Source: Planctomycetota bacterium | GTDB taxonomy: Bacteria; Planctomycetota; JAJSAM01 | Length of the DNA stretch: 64,000 bases | Assembly (NCBI GenBank): GCA_024274785.1 | Contig: JAJSAM010000026.1 | Coordinates: 47,048-111,047 of the forward strand | Reading direction: 5' to 3' | Shown here: one piece after another, positions 38,239-48,637 of the stretch | Layout of the letters: every line of letters begins with the position of its first letter | How positions within the stretch are numbered: the first letter of the stretch is position 1 | The notes under the pieces: generated by a model | Seen by the model: the letters and a program-made list of their open reading frames with translations, nothing else | Database searches by the model: none | What the model was told of the DNA's origin: nothing | Program-made: the position numbers and the translations under genes

Positions 38239-38759
38239 CGAAGACGACGATCAAGGACGTGAGCGTTTCCGGGCCGGCCCAGGAGGGCGGGTTCATCATG
38301 ACGACCGTGGATGCGGTGATCAACTGGGGCCGCAAGAACTCCATCTGGCCGTTGCCGATGGGGCTCTCCTGCTGCGCCATCGAGTTCATGGCCACCGCAT
38401 CCTCCCGGTTCGACATGGCGCGGTTCGGCGCTGAAGTCGCGCGCTTTTCCCCCCGCCAGGCCGACCTCATGCTGGTGGCCGGAACGATGACCTACAAGAT
38501 GTCCGGCGCGGTGAAGCTGCTCTGGGAGCAGATGGCCGAGCCGAAGTGGTGTATCTCGATGGGCGCCTGTGCCAGCACCGGCGGCATGTTCCGGTCGTAC
38601 CCGGTGGTGCAGGGGATCGACCAGATCCTGCCCGTGGACTTCTACATCCCCGGCTGCCCGCCTCGGCCGGAGATGGTGCTGAATACCCTGATGCAGTTGC
38701 AGAAGAAGATCTCGAGGGAGCAGCCCCACCTGGACTCGCTGCCCCTGTTTTCGAAGTAG
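38235..38759 (+). CDS. nuoB: NADH-quinone oxidoreductase subunit B
   Basis: [24 protein letters not shown]; GTGA overlap with nuoA. Confidence 0.95.
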   Translation: MTKTTIKDVSVSGPAQEGGFIMTTVDAVINWGRKNSIWPLPMGLSCCAIEFMATASSRFDMARFGAEVARFSPRQADLMLVAGTMTYKMSGAVKLLWEQMAEPKWCISMGACASTGGMFRSYPVVQGIDQILPVDFYIPGCPPRPEMVLNTLMQLQKKISREQPHLDSLPLFSK

Positions 38760-38814
38760 ACCGGTTGACCGGGCGGGAAGGGCGAGTCGGGACGAACCTG
38801 GTGACGAGGAATCG

Positions 38815-39348
38815 ATGGCTGAGGAAAAAGTGAACAAGGGAGTCGCCCTGGTGATGGAGAAGTTCGCGGATGCGGTGGTTTCGCAGCGCGAGTTTCACGG
38901 CCAGGAGTGGGTGACCGTCAAGGCCTCCGCGGTGCATGACATCGCGAAAGCCCTGCGCGACGAGGCCGGATTCGATTTGCTCGAGGATCTGACCGCTGCC
39001 GACTACCTGGACCGGCCCGAGGTCGAGGGGCGTTTCCGGGTCGTCTACCACTTCCTGGCGGTCTCCCGGGCGGAGCTTCTCCGCCTGAAGGCACTGGTGC
39101 CCGACGATACCGTCGAGGTACCGACGCTCTCGGACCTCTACCCCGGAGCCGACTGGATGGAGCGGGAGGTCTACGACATGTTCGGCATCCGCTTCACGGA
39201 TCACCCGGATCTCCGGCGCATGCTGATGCCGGAGGACTGGGAGGGCCACCCCTGCCGGCGCGACTACGATGTCAGGGGGCCGATCCCGATCGAGGATCCG
39301 ATGCGCGAGGGTGACTTCGAGCGAAAGGTCGCCGCGGACCCGTCCTAG
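38815..39348 (+). CDS. nuoC: NADH-quinone oxidoreductase subunit C
   Basis: EREVYDMFGI.F..HPDLRR. Confidence 0.95.
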   Translation: MAEEKVNKGVALVMEKFADAVVSQREFHGQEWVTVKASAVHDIAKALRDEAGFDLLEDLTAADYLDRPEVEGRFRVVYHFLAVSRAELLRLKALVPDDTVEVPTLSDLYPGADWMEREVYDMFGIRFTDHPDLRRMLMPEDWEGHPCRRDYDVRGPIPIEDPMREGDFERKVAADPS

Positions 39349-39370
39349 GGACGCGAGCGAGGAGCAGGAA

Positions 39371-40618
39371 ATGGCGGAAGAGAAGACGATCGAAGCTGCG
39401 ATCCCGGAGGCCGACGAGGACGTCCTGGCTTTCGAGCAACAGGTCGATATCGAAGACCACATGGTCCTCAATATGGGCCCGTCGCACCCCTCCACGCACG
39501 GTGTCCTCCTGATCATCCTCACCCTCGCCGGTGAGGAGGTCATCAAGGCCGAGCCCGACCTCGGATACCTGCACCGTGGGATGGAGAAGATCGCCGAGGG
39601 GCATGGCTACCACAAGTTCATCCCCTATACCGACCGGTGGGACTACCTCGCCCCGATCGCGAACAACATGACCTACGTCACCGCCATCGAGCGGCTGATG
39701 GGCGTGCAGGCCCCCGAGCGGGCCGAGGCGCTCCGGGTCATCTGCTGGGAGATCGGGCGGATCCAGAGCCACCTGCTCGGTCTCGGCGCGTTCGCCATGG
39801 ACATCGGGGCACTGACGATCTTTCTGTGGACCTTCCGCGAGCGGGAGCTTCTCTACGACCTGATCGAGCGGCTCTGCGGCGCGCGGTTCACGACGAGTTA
39901 CGCCCGCATCGGCGGGGTGGACCGTGATCCGCCGGCGGACTGGCTTCGGGACCTCAAGGCCTTCTGCACGGAGTTCCCGGATCGCATCGACGAGTACGAA
40001 CTGCTCCTCACCCGGAACCGCATCTGGGTGGATCGGAACCAGGGCGTCGGGGTGATCAGCAGGGAGGATGCGCTGGCCTACGGACTCACCGGGCCGATCC
40101 TTCGCGGCAGCGGCGTCGAGTACGACCTCCGCAAGGAAGAGCCGTATGCCGGTTACGAAAAGTACGAGTTCGACGTTCCGATCGGCAAGCACGGCGACTG
40201 CTATGATCGCTACCTCTGTCGCGTCGAGGAGATGCGGCAGTCGGCGAAGATCATCCTGCAGGCCATCGAGGGACTGCCCGAGGGGCCGGTCATCCTCGAC
40301 GACTACAAGTCCTCCATCCCCGAGAAACAGGGCGTTCTGACGGGCATGGAGCAGCTCATTCACCAGTTCATCGTCATCACCGAGGGGCCGAAGGCCGCGA
40401 AGGGTGGCGAGTACTATTTCCGGGCGGAGAACCCCAAGGGAACGCTGGGCATCTACGCCGTCGGGGACGGGACGAACCATCCTCAGCGGCTGCGGATCCG
40501 GGGGCCCTCCTTCATGAACCTGTCGATCCTTCCGAAGCTCCTGCCGGGGCATATGCTCGCCGACGTGGTGGCTATTCTCGGCTCGTTCGACTTCGTGATG
40601 GGTGAGGCCGACCGGTAG
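39371..40618 (+). CDS. nuoD: NADH-quinone oxidoreductase subunit D
   Basis: NMGPSHPSTHGV, GYLHRG.EK, terminal GEADR. Confidence 0.95.
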   Translation: MAEEKTIEAAIPEADEDVLAFEQQVDIEDHMVLNMGPSHPSTHGVLLIILTLAGEEVIKAEPDLGYLHRGMEKIAEGHGYHKFIPYTDRWDYLAPIANNMTYVTAIERLMGVQAPERAEALRVICWEIGRIQSHLLGLGAFAMDIGALTIFLWTFRERELLYDLIERLCGARFTTSYARIGGVDRDPPADWLRDLKAFCTEFPDRIDEYELLLTRNRIWVDRNQGVGVISREDALAYGLTGPILRGSGVEYDLRKEEPYAGYEKYEFDVPIGKHGDCYDRYLCRVEEMRQSAKIILQAIEGLPEGPVILDDYKSSIPEKQGVLTGMEQLIHQFIVITEGPKAAKGGEYYFRAENPKGTLGIYAVGDGTNHPQRLRIRGPSFMNLSILPKLLPGHMLADVVAILGSFDFVMGEADR

Positions 40619-40651
40619 CGGATCAAGACTTTCTCATTGAGGGCGATTGAG

Positions 40652-41146
40652 ATGGCAGAGGGAAACGGGGTTTTCCCGCCGGATAATCTGAAAGCCGAAT
40701 TCGACGGGATCGTGGCGCGATACCCGAAGAAGACCGCGGCGCTCATCCCGATCCTGATGAGGCTCCAGGAGGAGTTTCAGCACATCACGACCGAGGACAT
40801 GGACGGCCTGGCGGCGTATCTCGATACGACGCCCGCCCACGTGCTCGGGGTGGTGACCTTCTACACGATGTTCTCCCAGAAGAAGCGGGGGAAGCATCAC
40901 ATCTACCTCTGCAAGACGCTCTCCTGCCACATCCGGGGTGCGGAGGAGTTGCTCTCCCTCTTCGAAGAGAAGCTCGGAGTGAAGGCTCACTCCGGCGACG
41001 CCTCCGGGGACGGCGAGTTCTCCATCGACACCGGAGAGTGCCTGGGGCTCTGCGAGCAGGCGCCGTGCGTGCTGGTGGATGACCAGGCGATCGGGAACAT
41101 CACCCCGGAGATGGTGGATCAGATCATCGAGGAGCTTCGAGGATGA
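40652..41146 (+). CDS. nuoE: NADH-quinone oxidoreductase subunit E
   Basis: CKTLSC...ECLGLC..AP. Confidence 0.93.
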   Translation: MAEGNGVFPPDNLKAEFDGIVARYPKKTAALIPILMRLQEEFQHITTEDMDGLAAYLDTTPAHVLGVVTFYTMFSQKKRGKHHIYLCKTLSCHIRGAEELLSLFEEKLGVKAHSGDASGDGEFSIDTGECLGLCEQAPCVLVDDQAIGNITPEMVDQIIEELRG

Positions 41147-42426
41147 GCCTCAAGCCGACGAATATCCTCCTGAGGGGCATGGAGAAAGAGAGCTCCGCCA
41201 CCATCGAGAACTACATCTCCGAGGATGGCTACAAAGCGCTCGAGAAGGCTCTGAAGGAGATGAAGCCGGAGGAGATCGTCGCGGAGGTGGCCAAAGCCCG
41301 GATCCGGGGGCGCGGAGGGGCGGGATTCGAAGCCGGCCGCAAGTGGGGCTTTCTGCCGAAGGGCGTCGACAAGCCGGTCTACCTGGCCTGCAACGCCGAC
41401 GAATCCGAGCCGGGCACCTTCAAGGACCGGCACATCATGGAGCACTGCCCCCACCGCCTGCTCGAGGGCTGCCTGCTCGCCTGCTACGCCATCGGCAGCA
41501 AGACCGGTTACATCTACGTCCGCGGCGAGTTCCCGGGGGCGCAGCAGTCGCTGTGGCGCGCCATCGACGAGGCCCATGAGAAGGGCTACATGGGCGAGAA
41601 GATCCTCGGCACCGACTTCTCCTGCGAGATCTACGTCCACACCGGCGCCGGCGCCTACGTCTGCGGTGAAGAGACCGGCATGCTGAGTTCCATCGAGGGC
41701 GGTCGCGGCCACCCCCGGCTCAAGCCGCCGTTCCCGGCCGTCGAGGGGCTGTTCCGCTGCCCGACGATCGTGAACAACGTGGAGACGCTCAGTAACGTCC
41801 CGTTCGTCATTCACGAGGGGGCCGACGCGTTCCTGGCGCTCGGGACCGACGATACGCCCGGCCCGAAGCTGTTTTGCGTTTCCGGCCACGTCGAGAAGCC
41901 CGGCTGCTACGAGTTCGAAGCCGGCGCGAACCTGAAGGAACTGCTCGAGCACTGCGGCGGCGTCTGGAAAGGCCGGAAGCTGAAGGGCATCATCCCCGGC
42001 GGGGCCTCGGCCCACATTCTGAAGCCCGACGAGATCGATGTCTCGATGGACTTCGGGAGCATGGCCCGGGCGGGTTCCATTCTCGGATCCGCCGGGATGA
42101 TCGTTTTGGACGAGACGACCTGCATCGTCGAACTGCTCCGGAACGCTCTGGAGTTCTTCGCCCACGAGTCCTGCGGCCAGTGCACACCCTGCCGCGAGGG
42201 CACCGGCTGGGCGAAGAAGATCGTCACGCGTATCGAAGCGGGCGAAGGGACGATGGAGGACATCGACAAGCTCTGGGAGGTGGCGGATAACTTCGAGGGT
42301 ATGGGTGGAAAGACCATCTGCGCCCTCGCCGATGCCGCGGCCTGGCCCACGAAGTCATACGTCGAGAAGTTCCGTGACGAGTTTGAGGAGCACGTGCGGC
42401 TCGGTCGCTGCCCCATGAAGGGGTGA
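41143..42426 (+). CDS. nuoF: NADH-quinone oxidoreductase subunit F
   Basis: RGRGGAGF, NADESEPG, GAGAYVCGEET, ESCGQCTPCREG. Confidence 0.95.
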   Translation: MSLKPTNILLRGMEKESSATIENYISEDGYKALEKALKEMKPEEIVAEVAKARIRGRGGAGFEAGRKWGFLPKGVDKPVYLACNADESEPGTFKDRHIMEHCPHRLLEGCLLACYAIGSKTGYIYVRGEFPGAQQSLWRAIDEAHEKGYMGEKILGTDFSCEIYVHTGAGAYVCGEETGMLSSIEGGRGHPRLKPPFPAVEGLFRCPTIVNNVETLSNVPFVIHEGADAFLALGTDDTPGPKLFCVSGHVEKPGCYEFEAGANLKELLEHCGGVWKGRKLKGIIPGGASAHILKPDEIDVSMDFGSMARAGSILGSAGMIVLDETTCIVELLRNALEFFAHESCGQCTPCREGTGWAKKIVTRIEAGEGTMEDIDKLWEVADNFEGMGGKTICALADAAAWPTKSYVEKFRDEFEEHVRLGRCPMKG

Positions 42427-42448
42427 GTGCCGATCGCGGAGTGAACAT

Positions 42449-44017
42449 ATGCCGACGCTGACGATTGACGGCAGGGAAATCACCGTCGACCCGGGTACGA
42501 CTGTCATCCAGGCGGCCGAGGAGCTCGGGATCTACATCCCGCGCTACTGCTGGCACCCCGGTTTGAAGATCGCCGGGAACTGCCGGATCTGCCAGGTCGA
42601 GGTGGTGAACCCGAAGCTCAAGTTCCCGTGCACGATCGCCTGCAACCTGATGTGCGGCGACGGTATGGTGATCGAGACGGACTCCGACGAGGCGAAGAAG
42701 GCCCGCGCCGATGTCATGGAGTTTCTGCTGATCAACCATCCGCTCGACTGCCCGATCTGCGACCAGGCCGGGGAGTGCACCCTGCAGGAGTTCTCGTACG
42801 AATACGGCCACGACAAGAGCCGGTTCACCGAAGAGAAGGTGCACAAGTCAAAGCGCGTCCAGTTCTCCGACCAGGTGAGCTTCGACGGCGAGCGCTGCAT
42901 CCTCTGCACCCGCTGCGTCCGGTTCTGCCGGGATGTCGTCGGGAACGAGGAACTCTGCCTCGTCGAGCGCGGCGATCATGAGGAGATCGCCGTGGCGAAC
43001 GGCGGGGGGCTGACGAACCCCTACTCGATGAACGTCATCGACCTCTGCCCGGTGGGAGCGCTGACCTCTTCCGACTTCCGGTTCAAGAGCCGGGTGTGGT
43101 TCCTCGAGGAGACCCCCTCGGCCTGCACCTCGTGCGCCCGCAACTGCGCGGTGGATATCGGCACCCGCTGGGACAAGGTCATGCGGCTCAAGCCCCGCGA
43201 GAACGAGCACGTCAACAAGTGGTGGATGTGCGACGAGGGGCGGCTCAACTACCATTACGTCAACGCCGCCGACCGCCTGGGCTACGCCTACGTGCAGCAG
43301 GGCGGAAAACTCGTCCGCACGAGCGTCGACGATGCTGTGGCGATGGCCCACGAACTCATCGGCAAACTGCCCGCGGAGAAGCTCTACGGCCTCATCTCCG
43401 CGAGGCTCACCAACGAGGAGATCTTCCTCGCCAAGCGCTACCTCGATCAGGTCGCCGGCGCTGCCGGGGTCGGGTTCCTTCCGAGGATCGGCGAGGGCGA
43501 CGACTTCCTCATCAGTGCCGACCGGAACCCCAACGCCCGGGGGGCGGGCCTTATCGGCGTGAGCGCCGCGAAGGGGCTCGCCGCGGACATCAAGGCCGGC
43601 AAGGTCAAGGGGCTGGTGATCTTCGGCGACAGCTTCGATCACGACGAGGAACTGATGGGGGCGCTCGCCGACCTCGACTTTTTGGTGGTGATGGACTACC
43701 GCCTGTCGGAGACCGCGAAGCAGGCCGACGTGATCCTGCCGGGCGTGACGTTCGCGGAGAAGGAAGGCTCGATCACCAACATCGACGGCTGGGTCAGCAA
43801 GTTGAATCCGGCCTTGCCGCCACCCGCCGAAGCGCGCCGGAACCTCGACCTGCTGGCCGGGCTCCTCGGCAGGGCGGGCCAGGACGTACCCGATACCGCC
43901 GAGGGCGTTTTCCGGCTGCTGGCCGAGACCGTTTCGGCGTTCACTGATATCTCGTACGGGGAGATCTTCGCAGCTTCCCGTCAGGTGGCCACGGATGCCG
44001 TGGTCAAGGCCGACTGA
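42449..44017 (+). CDS. nuoG: NADH-quinone oxidoreductase subunit G (short form)
   Basis: CWHPGL..AGNCRIC, HPLDCPICDQAGEC, CILCTRCVRFC, C..C...C. Confidence 0.92.
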   Translation: MPTLTIDGREITVDPGTTVIQAAEELGIYIPRYCWHPGLKIAGNCRICQVEVVNPKLKFPCTIACNLMCGDGMVIETDSDEAKKARADVMEFLLINHPLDCPICDQAGECTLQEFSYEYGHDKSRFTEEKVHKSKRVQFSDQVSFDGERCILCTRCVRFCRDVVGNEELCLVERGDHEEIAVANGGGLTNPYSMNVIDLCPVGALTSSDFRFKSRVWFLEETPSACTSCARNCAVDIGTRWDKVMRLKPRENEHVNKWWMCDEGRLNYHYVNAADRLGYAYVQQGGKLVRTSVDDAVAMAHELIGKLPAEKLYGLISARLTNEEIFLAKRYLDQVAGAAGVGFLPRIGEGDDFLISADRNPNARGAGLIGVSAAKGLAADIKAGKVKGLVIFGDSFDHDEELMGALADLDFLVVMDYRLSETAKQADVILPGVTFAEKEGSITNIDGWVSKLNPALPPPAEARRNLDLLAGLLGRAGQDVPDTAEGVFRLLAETVSAFTDISYGEIFAASRQVATDAVVKAD

Positions 44018-44038
44018 AGTCTAAAGGGACACTGACTT

Positions 44039-45088
44039 ATGGACTTCTGGATCGACGACATAGGCTGGCCCTTCATCAAGATCTTCATCATCGCCAATGT
44101 GGCGCTGATGATGGTCGCGCTCCTCGTCTGGGCGGAACGGCGCGTCGCCGCGCTGATCCAGGACCGGCTCGGTCCGAACCGGGTCGGCCCCCTGGGGTTG
44201 CTCCAGCCGGTGGCCGACGTGATCAAGCTCTTCCTGAAGGAAGACCTGACGCCGGGGCACGTGAACAGGCCCTTCTTCATCATTGCCCCCGCGCTGACCA
44301 TGATGCCCGCTATCATCAGCCTGGCGGTGATCCCGTTCGGCGCGAGCCTGATCATCGCCGACCTCGACATCGGGATCCTGTTCATCTTCGCGATCAGCTC
44401 GCTCGCGGTCTACGGCATCACGATCGGCGGCTGGGCCAGCAACTCGAAGTACTCGCTGCTTGGTGGGATCCGTTCCACGGCGCAGATGATCTCCTACGAG
44501 ATCTGCCTCGGTCTTTCCGTGATCGGCGTGTTCATGCTGTCGAAGAGTCTTCGGCTGCAGGACGTCGTCCTGATGCAGGGTGACGGGATCTGGCTCTTCG
44601 GTGAGCACTACACCGGGATCATGGGCAAGATCCTCGACTGGAATATCTTCAAGCAGCCGATCGGCTTCATCCTGTTCATGATCGCCGGTTTTGCCGAGAC
44701 CAACCGTACGCCGTTCGACCTCGCGGAAGCCGAACAGGAGCTGGCGGCGGGGTTCCACACCGAGTTCTCGTCCATGAAGTTCGCGTTGTACTTCCTCGGC
44801 GAGTACGCGGCGATGATCTCGATCGGCGCCATCACCGTGACCCTCTACCTGGGTGGCTGGACGTTCTTCGGCCTGGAGAACCTCGGCGGTTCGTTCTCCT
44901 GGCTCACCCAGATCCTGATCTTTGCCGTGAAGCTCCTGGCGCTGCAGTTCTTCTTCATCTGGGTGCGCTGGACGATCCCGAGGTTTCGATACGATCAGCT
45001 CATGCGGCTCGGCTGGCAGGTTCTCCTGCCGATCGGGCTCGCGAACATCCTGCTGACGGGCGTTCTCAAGCTGATCTTCAAGGTGTGA
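44039..45088 (+). CDS. nuoH: NADH-quinone oxidoreductase subunit H
   Basis: ERR..A.IQDR.GPNRVG, ETNRTPFDL.EAE.EL. Confidence 0.95.
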   Translation: MDFWIDDIGWPFIKIFIIANVALMMVALLVWAERRVAALIQDRLGPNRVGPLGLLQPVADVIKLFLKEDLTPGHVNRPFFIIAPALTMMPAIISLAVIPFGASLIIADLDIGILFIFAISSLAVYGITIGGWASNSKYSLLGGIRSTAQMISYEICLGLSVIGVFMLSKSLRLQDVVLMQGDGIWLFGEHYTGIMGKILDWNIFKQPIGFILFMIAGFAETNRTPFDLAEAEQELAAGFHTEFSSMKFALYFLGEYAAMISIGAITVTLYLGGWTFFGLENLGGSFSWLTQILIFAVKLLALQFFFIWVRWTIPRFRYDQLMRLGWQVLLPIGLANILLTGVLKLIFKV

Positions 45089-45089
45089 T

Positions 45090-45629
45090 ATGGCTTACAA
45101 GCTCGTAGAAAGGCCGGACCTGACGCTCGCCGAGAGACTCTACCTCCCGGCGGTGATGAAGGGCTTGTCGCTGACGCTCAAGTACTTTTTCAAGCGGAAG
45201 AAGTTCACCCGGGAGTACCCCGAAGAGCCGACCACGGTTCCCGAGGGTTACCGCGGGCTGCCGGCCCTGGTTACGGACGACGAGGGGCGGACGAAGTGCG
45301 TGGCATGCTCGATGTGCGAATGGGTCTGCCCCCCGGAGGCCATTCGGATCATCCCCGGTTCCCTCGAGGAGGGCAACCCGGTGGAGAAGGGGCCGAAGGA
45401 GTTCACCCTCGACACTCTGAGGTGCATCTTCTGCGGACTCTGTGAGGAAGCCTGCCCCGAAGAGGCGATCTTCCTCACCGATCAGTACGAGTTCTGCGGG
45501 GAGTCGCGCGAGGAGATGATCTTTACGATGGACAAACTCCTCGAGATCGGTGGTACCCGGATCAAGGGTGTGAAGAAGTGGAAGAAGGAGTCGGATGCCG
45601 GCTTCCACAACAAAGGTCCGATCAGATAG
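45090..45629 (+). CDS. nuoI: NADH-quinone oxidoreductase subunit I
   Basis: CVACSMCEWVCP and CIFCGLCEEACP. Confidence 0.95.
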   Translation: MAYKLVERPDLTLAERLYLPAVMKGLSLTLKYFFKRKKFTREYPEEPTTVPEGYRGLPALVTDDEGRTKCVACSMCEWVCPPEAIRIIPGSLEEGNPVEKGPKEFTLDTLRCIFCGLCEEACPEEAIFLTDQYEFCGESREEMIFTMDKLLEIGGTRIKGVKKWKKESDAGFHNKGPIR

Positions 45630-45745
45630 ACGCGGTGCTCCCGGTGCGGAACCGGGCTCCGCGGGAACATCAGTGGCAGTAAGGGCAAGGACCGGCCGCC
45701 TATTGCGGCCAACCAGTGCATGAACCAGACATGGTGGGCGGGCTC

Positions 45746-46300
45746 ATGGAACCCATCTTTCACGATCTGCTGGCGGCGGGTGGAGGTCACGCGGTGGCCT
45801 TCTACGCTTGCTCTGCAGTGACGATCGCAGCGGCCATTCTGATGGTCATGAAGAAGAACCCCGTGGCGAGCGTGATGTGGCTCGTCCTGTCCTTCATCGG
45901 ACTCGCGGGAATCTACGTGACGCTGCAGAGCTACTTCATCGCCGTGATTCAGGTGCTGGTGTACGCGGGCGCGATCATGGTGCTCTTCCTCTTTGTGATC
46001 ATGCTGCTGAACCTGCGGCGTGAGGATATTGCGAAGATGGAATTGCCGAAGGTCCCGTTTGCGGGAGTGATTGCCGCGATCCTCTTCTTCGTTTCGGTGT
46101 TCCTCGTCATCAAGGCGAGCACACCCGCATTCGAGAAGCCGGTCGACGCGCTCCTCGGGGAACCGGCCCTGGCCGGCGACTCGGTGAGGGCTATCGGCAT
46201 TCCACTGTTTTCGCAGTGGCTGCTGCCGTTTGAGATCACGAGCGTTCTACTCCTGGCCGCCATCGTCGGCGCGGTGGCCCTGACGAAGAAGAAGCTCTAG
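45746..46300 (+). CDS. nuoJ: NADH-quinone oxidoreductase subunit J
   Basis: QVLVYAGAIMVLFLFVIMLL, LPFE; start uncertain. Confidence 0.93.
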   Translation: MEPIFHDLLAAGGGHAVAFYACSAVTIAAAILMVMKKNPVASVMWLVLSFIGLAGIYVTLQSYFIAVIQVLVYAGAIMVLFLFVIMLLNLRREDIAKMELPKVPFAGVIAAILFFVSVFLVIKASTPAFEKPVDALLGEPALAGDSVRAIGIPLFSQWLLPFEITSVLLLAAIVGAVALTKKKL

Positions 46301-46306
46301 GGGGCC

Positions 46307-46615
46307 ATGATGGAAATCCACATAGCTCACTACCTGATCGTGGCCGGGATCCTGTTTTCGATCGGCCTCGTGGGTGTGGTGGTTCGGCGGAACGCCATCG
46401 TCGTGCTCATGTGCCTCGAGTTGATGCTGAACGCGGCGAACCTGGTGTTCGTGGCGTTCGCCAGGATGCACGGAAACATGCAGGGCCGGATTTTCGTGTT
46501 CTTCGCCATCACGGTGGCGGCGGCGGAGGCGGCGGTGATGCTTGCGATCATCATCGCGGTCTACCGACAACGCGAGACCGTGAATACTGACGACATGGAC
46601 ATCATGCAGGGATAG
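46307..46615 (+). CDS. nuoK: NADH-quinone oxidoreductase subunit K
   Basis: RRNAI..LM.LELMLNA, VAAAEAAV. Confidence 0.95.
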   Translation: MMEIHIAHYLIVAGILFSIGLVGVVVRRNAIVVLMCLELMLNAANLVFVAFARMHGNMQGRIFVFFAITVAAAEAAVMLAIIIAVYRQRETVNTDDMDIMQG

Positions 46616-46621
46616 ACCGCA

Positions 46622-48628
46622 ATGGATGACAATACGGTCGCGACCCTCGCCTATGTGATCCTGTTCGCCCCCGTTGTGGCGGCGATCCTGATCACACTGT
46701 TCACCCGCAAGTCGAAGGGAATCTCGGCGTTCCTCTCGGTCGGTTCGGTGGTTACCGGCGGCATTCTCTCGGTGATCCTCCTTTTCGACCAACTCGCCAA
46801 GGGGCCCGGCACTCCTCCGGTCATCTCCCAGTTTGAATGGGCGGCGGCCAGGGACAGTGCCATCGGGGACATCGTCCTCAACATCGGCGTGCAGGTGGAC
46901 TTCATCTCCATTCTCATGTCGACGATCGTCGGCGTGGTCGGCTCGTGCATCTTCGTGTACGCGCTCGGTTACATGAAGGGGGATGAGGGGTGGTCGAGGT
47001 TCTTCGCGAAGTTCGCCTTTTTCGCCTTCTCAATGCTCGGCATCACGTACGCCACGAACTTCGTCCAGATCTTCATCTTCTGGGAGTTGGTCGGGGTCTC
47101 GTCCTACCTCCTGATCGGCTATTTCTACCAGAAGCCATCGGCGACGGATGCGGGCAAGAAGGCGTTCATGACGAACCGCATCGGCGACTTCGGCATGACA
47201 CTCGGCATCCTGCTGCTCTTCTTCGCGGTGCGGGATGTCTTCGGCGCGGTCGACGGGTTCTCGTTCGTGGAACTTCAGCGGATCTTCACCGACGAGGCCA
47301 GCCGGACGCTGCTCTTTGACGCGATGGGGTGGAAGGCCGGACTCGGCGCCTTCCTGATCTTCGTCGGTGCGATGGGCAAGTCGGCCCAGTTCCCGCTGCA
47401 CGTCTGGCTGCCGGATGCCATGGAAGGTCCGACGCCGGTCTCGGCTCTCATGCACGCCGCCACCATGGTGGCCGCGGGCGTGTACATGATCGTTCGTTGC
47501 TACTGGCTGTTCGCCTGGGCCGAGAGCGCCATGATCGCCATCGCCTGGATCGGCGGTATCACCGCGCTGATGGCCGCGACGATCGCGGTGGTGCAGAACG
47601 ATATCAAGAAGATCCTCGCCTACTCCACCCTCTCGCAGCTCGGCTATATGGTCATGGCCTGCGGGATGTGGGGCGCGGGTGCGGGGATGTTCCACCTCGC
47701 GACGCACGCCTTCTTCAAGGCCCTGCTCTTCATGGGCGCCGGCTCCGTGATCCACGCCTGTCACACCAACGACATCTGGGAGATGGGCGGGCTCGCGAAG
47801 AAGATGAAGCATACGACGTGGACATTCATCGCGGGCACGCTGGCCCTCGCCGGCATCTTCCCGCTGGCGGGTTTCTGGTCGAAGGACGAGATCCTCTCCG
47901 CCTCCCATCACATCGCGCCGCTCTACTGGATCGGCGTCGGCGTGGCCTTCCTCACCGCCTTCTACATGGGCCGCTGCGTGTTCACCGCGTTCTTCGGCAA
48001 GTACCGGGGAGACGGTCATCCGCATGAGTCCCCGGCAGTGATGTGGGTGCCGCTCGCGATCCTCGCGATCTTCGCCATCTTCGGCGGGTGGGTGGGGGCG
48101 CCCGCGGACCTGAACCCCTTCGGTGAGCACGGGCTCCAGAGCTACCTGCTCGTGGCCTACACCACGGTCGCGGAAGGTGCGCACCAGCAGGTGATCAACT
48201 GGCCGACGGGACAGGGTCACATGGCGAAATCGCTCCACATGAATGTGGCGGTGATCGGCACGCTGGTGGCGGTGGCAGGCCTGTTTGTTTCCTACCTCTT
48301 CTACGGGAGCAGGAAGTTCTCGGCGGAGAAGGCGAAGAAGATGTTCGGTCCGATCTACACCCTCGTTTCGAACAAGTACTACATCGACGAGTTCTACCTG
48401 TTCCTCGTCAAGAAGGTGCAGCAGGGCTTTGCCAACCTGTGCAGCATCGTGGAGCAGCACATCATCATCGGGATCTTCGTCAATGGGCTCGCGGGCGGCG
48501 CTCGCGAGGCGGGCGACAAGTTCCGGAAGATGCAGACCGGCCGGGTCAACACTTACGTCACGATGATCCTCGGCGGGCTGACGCTGCTGGTGTTCCTCTT
48601 CGTGGTTGGCAAAGAGTTCTGGGGGTAG
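46622..48628 (+). CDS. nuoL: NADH-quinone oxidoreductase subunit L
   Basis: KSAQFPLHVWLPDAMEGPTPVSA, HAFFKALLF. Confidence 0.95.
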   Translation: MDDNTVATLAYVILFAPVVAAILITLFTRKSKGISAFLSVGSVVTGGILSVILLFDQLAKGPGTPPVISQFEWAAARDSAIGDIVLNIGVQVDFISILMSTIVGVVGSCIFVYALGYMKGDEGWSRFFAKFAFFAFSMLGITYATNFVQIFIFWELVGVSSYLLIGYFYQKPSATDAGKKAFMTNRIGDFGMTLGILLLFFAVRDVFGAVDGFSFVELQRIFTDEASRTLLFDAMGWKAGLGAFLIFVGAMGKSAQFPLHVWLPDAMEGPTPVSALMHAATMVAAGVYMIVRCYWLFAWAESAMIAIAWIGGITALMAATIAVVQNDIKKILAYSTLSQLGYMVMACGMWGAGAGMFHLATHAFFKALLFMGAGSVIHACHTNDIWEMGGLAKKMKHTTWTFIAGTLALAGIFPLAGFWSKDEILSASHHIAPLYWIGVGVAFLTAFYMGRCVFTAFFGKYRGDGHPHESPAVMWVPLAILAIFAIFGGWVGAPADLNPFGEHGLQSYLLVAYTTVAEGAHQQVINWPTGQGHMAKSLHMNVAVIGTLVAVAGLFVSYLFYGSRKFSAEKAKKMFGPIYTLVSNKYYIDEFYLFLVKKVQQGFANLCSIVEQHIIIGIFVNGLAGGAREAGDKFRKMQTGRVNTYVTMILGGLTLLVFLFVVGKEFWG

Positions 48629-48637
48629 GAGAGAGCG

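Noticed and set aside
42449-44017. Short NuoG as a novelty
   Set aside because: Short NuoG forms are common; all Fe-S motifs are present in an otherwise canonical nuoA-N operon.
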